Of a DNA stretch of 64,000 nucleotides, positions 56,627 through 64,000 are shown one piece after another. This stretch comes from Candidatus Hydrogenedentota bacterium. GTDB taxonomy: Bacteria; Hydrogenedentota; Hydrogenedentia; Hydrogenedentales; SLHB01. The stretch lies in assembly GCA_045863335.1 (NCBI GenBank), contig BTVY01000035.1:13279-77278 (forward strand), given 5' to 3'. A program made the position numbers and the translations under genes. How positions within the stretch are numbered: the stretch's first letter is position 1; each line of letters opens with the position of its first letter. Below the pieces are notes generated by a model. It worked only from the letters and a program-made list of their open reading frames with translations, was not told the DNA's origin and searched no databases.

Positions 56627-58009
56627 CTATTTCCCGATACAGAACGAGGAAAAGATCCTGTCCAGGATATCTTCCGGCGTGGTTTCTCCCGTAATCTCGC
56701 CGAGGGCGTCTAGGGATTCGCGAAGGTCGATGCTGAGGAATTCAGGGGAGGCGGTGTAGTTGTCGAGCATGCGCTCCAGGGCGATGATGGCGCGGCGGAG
56801 GCTGTCGCGCTGGTGGACGCGGGTGATGAGACCGCGGTCCGGGGCGACGGTTCCGGCGTCGCCGAGCAGCAGGCGGTAGAGCGTGTCTTCGAGTTCCTTA
56901 AGGCCAATAGATTGCGCAGCGGATACCTTGGCGACGGCGGTGAACTCCTTGGCCCACGCGGGCGGCTGCGGCGCGGGATTAAGATCGATCTTGTTCATCA
57001 CGAGGACCGACGGGATGCCAAGCGCCAGGACTTCGCGGGCGCGGTCCTCGTCTTCGGGCGTGACGGGCGCCGCGCCGTCGATGAGGAACAGAACGATATC
57101 GGCGTTCGCCAGCGCGCGGCGGGCGACTTCGATGCCGATGCGCTCGACTTCGTCATCGGCGGCGCGGAGTCCCGCGGTGTCGGTCAGGCGCGCAGGAATG
57201 CCGCCGAGCGTGATCACTTCTTCCAGGAGATCGCGCGTGGTGCCGGGTTGCGCGGTGACGATGGCGCGGGCGTCGCGGAGCAGCGCGTTGAACAGGCTGG
57301 ACTTTCCCACGTTGGGCCGGCCGGCGATGGCGACGGATGCACCTTCGCGGTAGAGGCGTCCGGCATGCGCCGTGCCGAGGAGTTCGCGCATCTCGTCCAG
57401 GGTCTGCACGAGTTGCCGGTGCAACACGTCGTCCACCAGTTCGGGCAGATCCTCTTCGGGAAAGTCGATGGCTGATTCGACCCGTGCCAGCGAATCGGCC
57501 AGCACATCGGAAAACCGGTGGATGCTCTTGGAAAGCGTGCCTTGCGCCGCGGACGCCGCGGCCCGCAAGGCGGCGTCGGTGCGGGCGCGGATCCGGTCCA
57601 GAACGGCTTCCGCCTGAACGAGGTCAATCCGGCCGTTGAGGAAGGCGCGCTTGGTAAACTCGCCCGGTTGCGCCAGACGCGCGCCCTTCGCAAGCGTCAA
57701 TTCGAGAATCGCGCGCAAGGGGCCCGCGCCGCCGTGGGCGTTGATCTCGACCACGTCCTCCGCGGTATAGGAGTGCGGCGCGCGCATGACGTGGACGAGC
57801 ACCTCGTCGACGACGCCTCGCTCGTCGCGGATCTCGCCATGAAAAACGCGGCCGGGATCCGTCTGGATGTCCCGGCCGCGGGATGACACAAAAATGCCGT
57901 GCGCGATCGCGATGGCCGCGGGGCCGCTGAGCCGCACGATACCGATGCCGCCTTCGCCCGGAGGCGTTGCAATGGCGGCAATCGTATCGTCAGGAATCGT
58001 TGCCTTCAC
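56627..58009 (-). CDS. mnmE: tRNA modification GTPase MnmE (TrmE)
   Basis: DTIAAIATPPGEGGIGIVRLSG, GRPNVGKSSL, GTTRD, DTAG, NKID, FCIGK C-terminus. Confidence 0.97.
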   Translation of the reverse strand: MKATIPDDTIAAIATPPGEGGIGIVRLSGPAAIAIAHGIFVSSRGRDIQTDPGRVFHGEIRDERGVVDEVLVHVMRAPHSYTAEDVVEINAHGGAGPLRAILELTLAKGARLAQPGEFTKRAFLNGRIDLVQAEAVLDRIRARTDAALRAAASAAQGTLSKSIHRFSDVLADSLARVESAIDFPEEDLPELVDDVLHRQLVQTLDEMRELLGTAHAGRLYREGASVAIAGRPNVGKSSLFNALLRDARAIVTAQPGTTRDLLEEVITLGGIPARLTDTAGLRAADDEVERIGIEVARRALANADIVLFLIDGAAPVTPEDEDRAREVLALGIPSVLVMNKIDLNPAPQPPAWAKEFTAVAKVSAAQSIGLKELEDTLYRLLLGDAGTVAPDRGLITRVHQRDSLRRAIIALERMLDNYTASPEFLSIDLRESLDALGEITGETTPEDILDRIFSSFCIGK

Positions 58010-59060
58010 CGGACGCCGATTCGGAGTTCGCCGCTACCTGCGATTCTTCGCGCGGCCCGCCCGGACCCCGGCGGCGCCGACCACGTCCGCCGCGGCGCGA
58101 TCCGCGACGGGGTCCCCGGCTATCGCCGCCGTTCGCATTGGCGGAATCGGCCGAGGCGTGCTCGCGTTCGCGCGGGCTGCCGCCACCGCCTCCCCGGCGC
58201 GATCCCCCGCGCCGGCGCGGAGGCCGCTGCTCGGATTCCGGCAGCTCATCGTTCGGCGCGATGACGACTGTACGCAACGCGCCGTCGCCGACGCTGAAGG
58301 TCTTCACATCCGGATCGTTCTCGAGAACCATGTGGATTACGCGACGTTCCTGAGAACTCATGGGCTTCAGGCGGACGCGCTGGCGCGTCTCCTTGGCGCG
58401 CTGCGCCTGGCGTTGCGCCATGTCCTCCAATGCCTCTTGCCGCCGATCCAGATAGCCTTCGATATCGATCACGATTCGTTCGCTATCTTCGCCATCCCCC
58501 GTATTCACCATGCGGTTCATCAGATACTGCATGGACGTGAGATTACGGCCCTTCCGGCCAATGAGAATCGCCGAGTCGGGCGAATCGATCTTGAGACAAA
58601 TGCCGCCGTCATCCGTGGCCTGGCTCGTCACGGTCGCATCGATGCCCATGAGCTTGATCACTTCTTTCAGCAAAGACGCGGCTTCGGTAACGGTATTGGG
58701 ATCGGCCGGAGATAAATTGCGTTCCGGCTTCGGCGCAGGCTTCGGTGCGGCTTCGCGCGGCGGCCGCGATTCGCTTCGCGGTTCCCGGCGCTGCTGAGGG
58801 CGTTCCTTCTGGTCTTGCCGGCGCGACGGCTGTTCCCGGCGCGGTTCACGCCGGGGCTCCCGCCGCTGCTGGCGCGGCTCGGGACCGGCCACTTCGGTCG
58901 ATACCCGCAATTTGACAGGACGCGCGCCGAATCCAAACAACCCTTTACTGCCTTCATCGACGATCTCGACATGGACCTCATCGCGGTCGACGCCGAGTTG
59001 TTCGAGCGCGATCCCGATGGCTTCCTCCCGGGTTTTCGCGCTCACTTCAACTGATCGCAT
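57990..59060 (-). CDS. jag: Jag/EloR RNA-binding protein (Jag_N, KH, R3H)
   Basis: AKT.EEAI, SKGLFGFG, LIGRKG..L, PM...ERRVIH, TFS.G.G..R. Confidence 0.93.
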   Translation of the reverse strand: MRSVEVSAKTREEAIGIALEQLGVDRDEVHVEIVDEGSKGLFGFGARPVKLRVSTEVAGPEPRQQRREPRREPRREQPSRRQDQKERPQQRREPRSESRPPREAAPKPAPKPERNLSPADPNTVTEAASLLKEVIKLMGIDATVTSQATDDGGICLKIDSPDSAILIGRKGRNLTSMQYLMNRMVNTGDGEDSERIVIDIEGYLDRRQEALEDMAQRQAQRAKETRQRVRLKPMSSQERRVIHMVLENDPDVKTFSVGDGALRTVVIAPNDELPESEQRPPRRRGGSRRGGGGGSPREREHASADSANANGGDSRGPRRGSRRGGRGRRRRGPGGPREESQVAANSESASGEGNDS

Positions 59061-59242
59061 ATGCCCAATCTCCCTGTATGCGCGGAGTTCGCGCGGTAGG
59101 CGCGGCGTGGTAGTGCCGCGTGTGGCGCACCGGCCGGCTGCGAAGGCCCCGGCCCTGCGCGTAGTTGGGGCGGTGATGGTGCCGGTCTCGTTGCGCCGGG
59201 TCTACGGCGCGGCGGTTGCATTCCGCTGTGGCGATTGCCGGC

Positions 59243-61168
59243 TTAGTTGGACCGCCCGGGTTTCGAGGCTTTCCCTCCCTTTTTCTTCGAGGCGCGGCTC
59301 CGACCGTTGTCCTTCGCCTCTTTGATCTCCTTGGCAACCTGGCGCCGCTTCGCCTGCGCGGCCGCATACCAGTGCCGTTTCTTCTTCACCGGCTTTTTCT
59401 CGGGGACATCCGTTTCGGATACCCGAATGAGCCGGTTTTGCGCAATTCCCAGTACCGTGCTCGTGAGGATGTACAGGTTCAATCCCGCGGCGAAGCTGTA
59501 GCAGATGAGGCTGAAAAAGATCGGCATGATCGTCATCATGGCCTTCTGCTGCGGGTTCTGCACCGGCCCGGACATGGGCATCAGTTTGGTACTGACGATC
59601 ATGGCCACGGCGCACAAGATAGGCAGCACGTTGAGATACTGAATATGTTCCCCGACAAAGGGGATGTTCTCCAGAACGGGAACCCGAAGCAGCCGGTCAG
59701 GTTCGGATAGATCGTTGATCCACAACATGAACGGCGCCCCACGCAATTCGTAGGAACTCCACAACATGCGGTACAGCGCGATGAACACCGGCAACTGCAA
59801 CAACATGGGGAAGCAGCCGCCAAGAGGATTGACGCCCCGTTCCTTGTACATTTCCATCATGCGGCGGTTCATTTCCTGGGGATCTTCGCCGCATTCCTGT
59901 TTGATCTTCTCCATCTCGGGCGCGAGCAATTGCATGCGCTTCATGCTGCGCATCTGCTTGATGGTTAGCGGGAACATGGCCGTGCGCACCAGCACGGTCA
60001 GCAGAATGATGGCGATGCCGTAATTGGGAATAATGCCGTGGAACCAGTTCAACAGGGCAAGCAACTTGATGGCGAACCAATTCATGAACTCCGGCCACTC
60101 AAAGAACCGGAGTGCCGTGTCCAAGGTCGGCCAGGCAGCCTTCAATTGGTCGCGTTGATTGGGACCAATGTAGACACGCATGGTGGCGGTCAGAGAATCG
60201 CCGGGCTCCACCTGCGCGCGTGGCAGGCCGATTCCGAAACGGAAACGCTCGGACGTGCCAGTGACCCAGCCGAGACTTGGGGTGAACTCGGGCCGCATGG
60301 CAACCATGAAGTAGGCGCTCTTGAGTCCCACCCAGTCGGGGCTGGAAATCCGATCGAGGAAGGGTTCGCCATCCTTTCCGGGTTCCATATTCACGGTGGG
60401 GGTCCAATCGTTCGAGCCCTCCACACGCCAGATTAGGGTCTGTCGAACACCTTTCTTGAGGTCCTGGGAAGCCACATTGGGGCCCCAGTTCACGATAAAA
60501 GCGGGGTCCTGATCCATACCAAGCACACGCGCCTGAGATTCGAGGTTACGGTACTCCACGCTAACGTCGAGAACGTGCGAGGAATCCTCGAATGCAAAGG
60601 TCTTGCGGATCTCGGCGGTTCCCGGAATGGTCAGCCTAAACGTGATGGAATGCTCCGACTGGCCGACCACATCGAAACGGCGGTAGTCGAGTTCGTCCCG
60701 CAGTTTTTCGTGGGTGAACCGGAGGCCAAAGGGGTACACGGCTGTCAGGTCGGACGCGTCGCCCTGTTCAGGAATCAGTTGAATCTCGTCTTCCCCGTTC
60801 TCATGCAGAAGGACGTACGCGTTCTTGAGCCGGGCGCCGATTCGCGTGAACACGAGCCGGAGATCGCCGTTTTCGATGACCACATCGTCGGTGGCCGGGT
60901 CAACGTCCTCTGCGGGAGGCGGCAGGTTTGGCCAGCCGGTAGCGTCGGCGGTTTCGACTTGTTCCGCGGCGGTGTCAGCGCGCAACACGTCGGAAGGCGT
61001 CGCGTCCGCCTGTTGTTGTCCCGCAGGGACCGCGTCCGTGGGGGTTTGGGTCGGAGGGGGCGGTGTCGGGGCGAAGAAATTGAAATAGACGAGCGCCAGC
61101 CCCATCATCAGGAAGATGGCGATGAGTTGGTTTCGTGCTGCGGCCTTCTCTTGTTCGTCTTCAATCAA
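59243..61168 (-). CDS. yidC: Membrane protein insertase YidC
   Basis: NYGIAIILLTVLVR..MFPL, NPLGGCFPMLLQLPVF, APF.LWI.DLS.PD, AGLNLY. Confidence 0.96.
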   Translation of the reverse strand: MIEDEQEKAAARNQLIAIFLMMGLALVYFNFFAPTPPPPTQTPTDAVPAGQQQADATPSDVLRADTAAEQVETADATGWPNLPPPAEDVDPATDDVVIENGDLRLVFTRIGARLKNAYVLLHENGEDEIQLIPEQGDASDLTAVYPFGLRFTHEKLRDELDYRRFDVVGQSEHSITFRLTIPGTAEIRKTFAFEDSSHVLDVSVEYRNLESQARVLGMDQDPAFIVNWGPNVASQDLKKGVRQTLIWRVEGSNDWTPTVNMEPGKDGEPFLDRISSPDWVGLKSAYFMVAMRPEFTPSLGWVTGTSERFRFGIGLPRAQVEPGDSLTATMRVYIGPNQRDQLKAAWPTLDTALRFFEWPEFMNWFAIKLLALLNWFHGIIPNYGIAIILLTVLVRTAMFPLTIKQMRSMKRMQLLAPEMEKIKQECGEDPQEMNRRMMEMYKERGVNPLGGCFPMLLQLPVFIALYRMLWSSYELRGAPFMLWINDLSEPDRLLRVPVLENIPFVGEHIQYLNVLPILCAVAMIVSTKLMPMSGPVQNPQQKAMMTIMPIFFSLICYSFAAGLNLYILTSTVLGIAQNRLIRVSETDVPEKKPVKKKRHWYAAAQAKRRQVAKEIKEAKDNGRSRASKKKGGKASKPGRSN

Positions 61169-61212
61169 AGGATTTCTCCCAGGTATACATCGCGAGGCGG
61201 CGCTTGATCCCC

Positions 61213-61422
61213 TCAGGGAACCGGGTCATGTCCGCCCTCGCAAAACGGCTGGCACCGGAGGATGCGCCAAATCGCGTATCCAAGTCCCTTTAGCGCGCCG
61301 TGCTTCTCGATGGCCTCGATGGCATAACGCGAACAGGACGGCGTAAACCGGCAATTCTGTCCAAGGAACGGGGAAAGCGTAATCTGGTACAACCGGATGA
61401 GCGCGATGAACACTCTACCCAC
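61213..61422 (-). CDS. yidD: Membrane protein insertion efficiency factor YidD
   Basis: [27 protein letters not shown]. Confidence 0.95.
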   Translation of the reverse strand: MGRVFIALIRLYQITLSPFLGQNCRFTPSCSRYAIEAIEKHGALKGLGYAIWRILRCQPFCEGGHDPVP

Positions 61423-61771
61423 GGGGCTCCTCTCCCACGTTCAGGAGACGGCGCACCGCTTCGGCGCATTGGTGGAAGTCGAGTTTGGCGGCCCCGGGCC
61501 GTGCAACGAATACCAAGTGGATATCGTCAGACAGGTTGTCGCGATGGACGCGATAAATCTCTCTTAGATAGCGCTTGACGCGATTGCGTGTGACCGCGTT
61601 GCCCACCTTGCGCGACACCGCGAAGCCCATCTTCCGGCCTTGCCCGTCCCGCCGGAGGGTGAAGCAGATAAACTCAGGACCCACGCGTTTCCGGCCATGC
61701 TGAAACACAGCCGTGTACTCCCGCCGTCGTGTAAGGCGCTCCCGCTTTGGAAAGGCATGTGGCCCGGGCAC
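61415..61771 (-). CDS. rnpA: Ribonuclease P protein component
   Basis: [29 protein letters not shown]. Confidence 0.95.
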   Translation of the reverse strand: MPGPHAFPKRERLTRRREYTAVFQHGRKRVGPEFICFTLRRDGQGRKMGFAVSRKVGNAVTRNRVKRYLREIYRVHRDNLSDDIHLVFVARPGAAKLDFHQCAEAVRRLLNVGEEPRG

Positions 61772-61790
61772 AAGACTCGTCCCCCCGGAA

Positions 61791-61925
61791 TCAGGCGGAA
61801 AGCCGCTTGCGTCCCTTAGCCCGCCGGCGCCGAATCACTGCGCGACCGTTTGCCGTTGCCATACGCACCAGAAACCCATGGTTCCGTTTACGTTTCAAAT
61901 TAGATGGTTGAAAGGTCTGTTTCAC
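61791..61925 (-). CDS. rpmH: 50S ribosomal protein L34
   Basis: Manual translation from GTG: [44 protein letters not shown]; absent from the ORF track because of its size. Confidence 0.97.
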   Translation of the reverse strand: MKQTFQPSNLKRKRNHGFLVRMATANGRAVIRRRRAKGRKRLSA

Positions 61926-62018
61926 CAGAATCTCCTTTGCTTCGCGCTACGTTCGCTCCAACCGTTAAAGCGACAACGCGTTAGGGTTGCCCGAACAAGG
62001 GCCAAGTCATAACACGTA

Positions 62019-62048
62019 AGTATATCGAATGGCGGTAGGACCAGTCAA
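62019..62048 (-). promoter_or_regulatory. Sigma-70 promoter of the rpmH operon
   Basis: Minus strand TTGACT-18-TATACT. Confidence 0.6.
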
Positions 62049-62131
62049 ATTCAATGAGAGGCGGATAGTCGGTCGGCCTACGAACAGTAGATCGGTCGGA
62101 TCGATAGAGCCTGACTCCCTGCTACTCTCCC

Positions 62132-62584
62132 TCAACGCCCCGTGTGTCCGAAGCCCCCATCGCCCCGGACTGTTGCGTCGAGCTCCGTAACTGCTTGCCA
62201 GGCAACGCGCGTCACAGGCGCCACAATCATCTGGGCAATCCGGTCGCCCCGGTTGATGGTGAAAGGTTCTTGCCCGAGGTTCACGAGGATTACGCGGATT
62301 TCGCCCCGATAGTCTGCGTCGATGGTTCCGGGCGAATTCACCAGCGCGATCCCATGCTTAATCGCGAGTCCGCTTCGCGGGCGCACCTGCGCCTCGTACC
62401 CGTCCGGCAAGGCAATGCGCAGTCCGGTCGGGATCAGGTCGCGCTGGCCGGGTCCGAGGGTCACCGGATCGGTCACGGCCGCGCGGAGGTCCATGCCGGC
62501 GGCATGTTCCGTTTCATAGGCCGGGAGGGGAATATCCTCGGTGCCGGGCTCCTGGGTGATGCGCACAGCAACGGTCCGGCTCAC
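62132..62584 (-). CDS. dut: dUTP diphosphatase
   Basis: [42 protein letters not shown]; GTG start overlaps the upstream TGA. Confidence 0.96.
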   Translation of the reverse strand: MSRTVAVRITQEPGTEDIPLPAYETEHAAGMDLRAAVTDPVTLGPGQRDLIPTGLRIALPDGYEAQVRPRSGLAIKHGIALVNSPGTIDADYRGEIRVILVNLGQEPFTINRGDRIAQMIVAPVTRVAWQAVTELDATVRGDGGFGHTGR

Positions 62585-63858
62585 AAGGGCGCCCTCTCGT
62601 ACGCGTTTCCGTTGGCGGGACCGAGAATGACCATGGCGCATTGTTCCGGCGTAAACCGTTCGCGGGCGAGTTCCTGAAGATCGCGTGCGGTGACGGCATC
62701 AATGGCCGCGACGATTTCGTCCATGGTGAGGATGCGGCCATGGTACATGTAGGATTTGCACATCCGCGTCATGCGATTGAAGGTGCTTTCCAGCGCCATG
62801 AGCATGCCGCCTTTGAGCTGCTCTCGGTTGAGGACGACTTCGTCTTCCGGCACCAGTTCATCGCGCACGCGCTTCAATTCCGCGCAGGTCAGGTCAACGG
62901 TCTTGTCGAGATTCTCGGGAGCGATGGCGGCATAGATTCCCATCATGCCCGCGTCCCAATAGCTCGAGTGGAACGTGTAGATCGAGTAGGCGAGGCCTTC
63001 CTGCTCGCGGATGGTCTCGAAGAGCCGCGAGGTCGAGCCGCCGCCCAGCACACTGCTGAGCATGTTATAGATATACCGGCGCTCGTCGTGAATGCCGGGT
63101 CCGGGAAATCCCATGCAAAGGTGATTCTGTGCCACGTCGCGTTCCACGATGCCGGTGCCAGCCCCGAACGTGGGTGCTGCCGGTCGGGGCAAGGACGACG
63201 GCGCGGTGATGGTCTCGAATTCATTGGAGATCTGTTCGAGCAACACGTCTTCGTCGAAGCTCCCCGCGACCGAAATGATGAGATTCTCGGGGCGGTACCA
63301 CTCCTCGAAGTAGGCGCGCACGTCCTCGATGGTCATGGCGGTCAGCGTCTCTTCCGTGCCGGTAATGGGCCGGCCGAGGGCATGGTCCGGCCAAAGCCGT
63401 TGCACGAGGAGATCGTGGGCGTGATCTTCCGGCACGTCTTCGATGCTGGCGATTTCCTCCAACACGACGTTCCGTTCTTTTTCAAAATCGTAGAACTGCG
63501 AGTCCTTCAGAATGTCCGCCAGGATCTCGATGCCCGTGCCGACGTGCTCGCCGAGCATCTTGGCGTACAAGCAGGTGTAGTCGCGGGACGTAAAGGCGTT
63601 CAAATGCCCGCCCTTGGACTCCACGGCTTCAACAAGCTGGCGCGCCGTGCGGGAGGTCGTTCCCTTGAAGAAGAGATGCTCCAGGAAATGGGACACGCCG
63701 GATTGCTCCGGGCGCTCGTTGGAGGAACCGGTCTTGATCCAGACGCCCGCCGATGCCGATCGCAGGTACGGAAGCGGTTCAAGAAGTACCGTGATTCCGT
63801 TGTCGAGCTTATGAACGGATGTCGTGTCATGCGTGATAGAGGGCATTGCCGAAGACAT
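62581..63858 (-). CDS. M16 (pitrilysin/MPP-like) zinc peptidase
   Basis: [14 protein letters not shown] (HxxEH), [30 protein letters not shown]. Confidence 0.94.
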   Translation of the reverse strand: MSSAMPSITHDTTSVHKLDNGITVLLEPLPYLRSASAGVWIKTGSSNERPEQSGVSHFLEHLFFKGTTSRTARQLVEAVESKGGHLNAFTSRDYTCLYAKMLGEHVGTGIEILADILKDSQFYDFEKERNVVLEEIASIEDVPEDHAHDLLVQRLWPDHALGRPITGTEETLTAMTIEDVRAYFEEWYRPENLIISVAGSFDEDVLLEQISNEFETITAPSSLPRPAAPTFGAGTGIVERDVAQNHLCMGFPGPGIHDERRYIYNMLSSVLGGGSTSRLFETIREQEGLAYSIYTFHSSYWDAGMMGIYAAIAPENLDKTVDLTCAELKRVRDELVPEDEVVLNREQLKGGMLMALESTFNRMTRMCKSYMYHGRILTMDEIVAAIDAVTARDLQELARERFTPEQCAMVILGPANGNAYERAPL

Positions 63859-63949
63859 GAAAAATGTAGCTCCTGTCGAAAAATCATGCAGCTTGCCGGC
63901 CTGGCCGTAGCCAGCGGAATGTTACCATTCTGTCAAACCGCCCACCGCA

Positions 63950-64000
63950 ATCGAGTAGGAGGGGGAGGATAGTTCCTCCCCCGTCCTCTCACACCACCGT
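63950..64000 (-). mobile_element. 3' end (part of domain V plus domain VI) of a group II intron, class C-like; truncated by the window edge
   Basis: Minus strand ACGGTGGTGTGAGAGGACGGGGGAGGAACTATCCTCCCCCTCCTACTCGAT matches the IIC tail: end of DV, DVI hairpin with bulged A, terminal AY. Confidence 0.85.

Noticed and set aside
61926-62131. Possible oriC upstream of rpmH
   Set aside because: No TTATCCACA-type box cluster and no dnaA; only a promoter and two weak TCGGTCGG repeats.

Overview
GC-rich bacterial chromosomal window. The gene content and the 'NNLKQLGLVxKMFANE...NVLFLDGHVE' domain style suggest Ca. Hydrogenedentota or a related PVC-like lineage; this is inference only. In order, the window holds: two tandem DUF2961/GH172-like glycoside hydrolases; small housekeeping and redox genes; a ~21 kb Wzx/Wzy-type exopolysaccharide locus (Wzc-like, Wza, glycosyltransferases, Wzy, Wzx, priming transferase, GH10- and GH51-like proteins); a Ser/Thr kinase; an ECF sigma factor with an unusual anti-sigma factor; a flagellar-type regulatory operon; an AspT/YidE transporter; GH116; an ATP-grasp protein; glpK; a structured ncRNA resembling Acido-Lenti-1; the mnmE-jag-yidC-yidD-rnpA-rpmH cluster followed by dut and an M16 peptidase instead of dnaA; and the 3' end of a group IIC intron at the right edge. 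The two strongest candidates for undescribed systems are (1) a membrane-anchored TPR protein carrying ten tandem FliM-N/CheZ-C-like (CheY~P-binding-like) peptides, encoded with FlgN-like, FleS-like and FleR-like genes, and (2) a zinc-finger anti-sigma factor whose extracytoplasmic part fuses a T2SS GspC-like domain to a degenerate DUF1559/H-X9-DG pilin-associated domain. Several families of short-period intergenic repeats follow stop codons. All calls come from reading motifs by eye; no database search was run.
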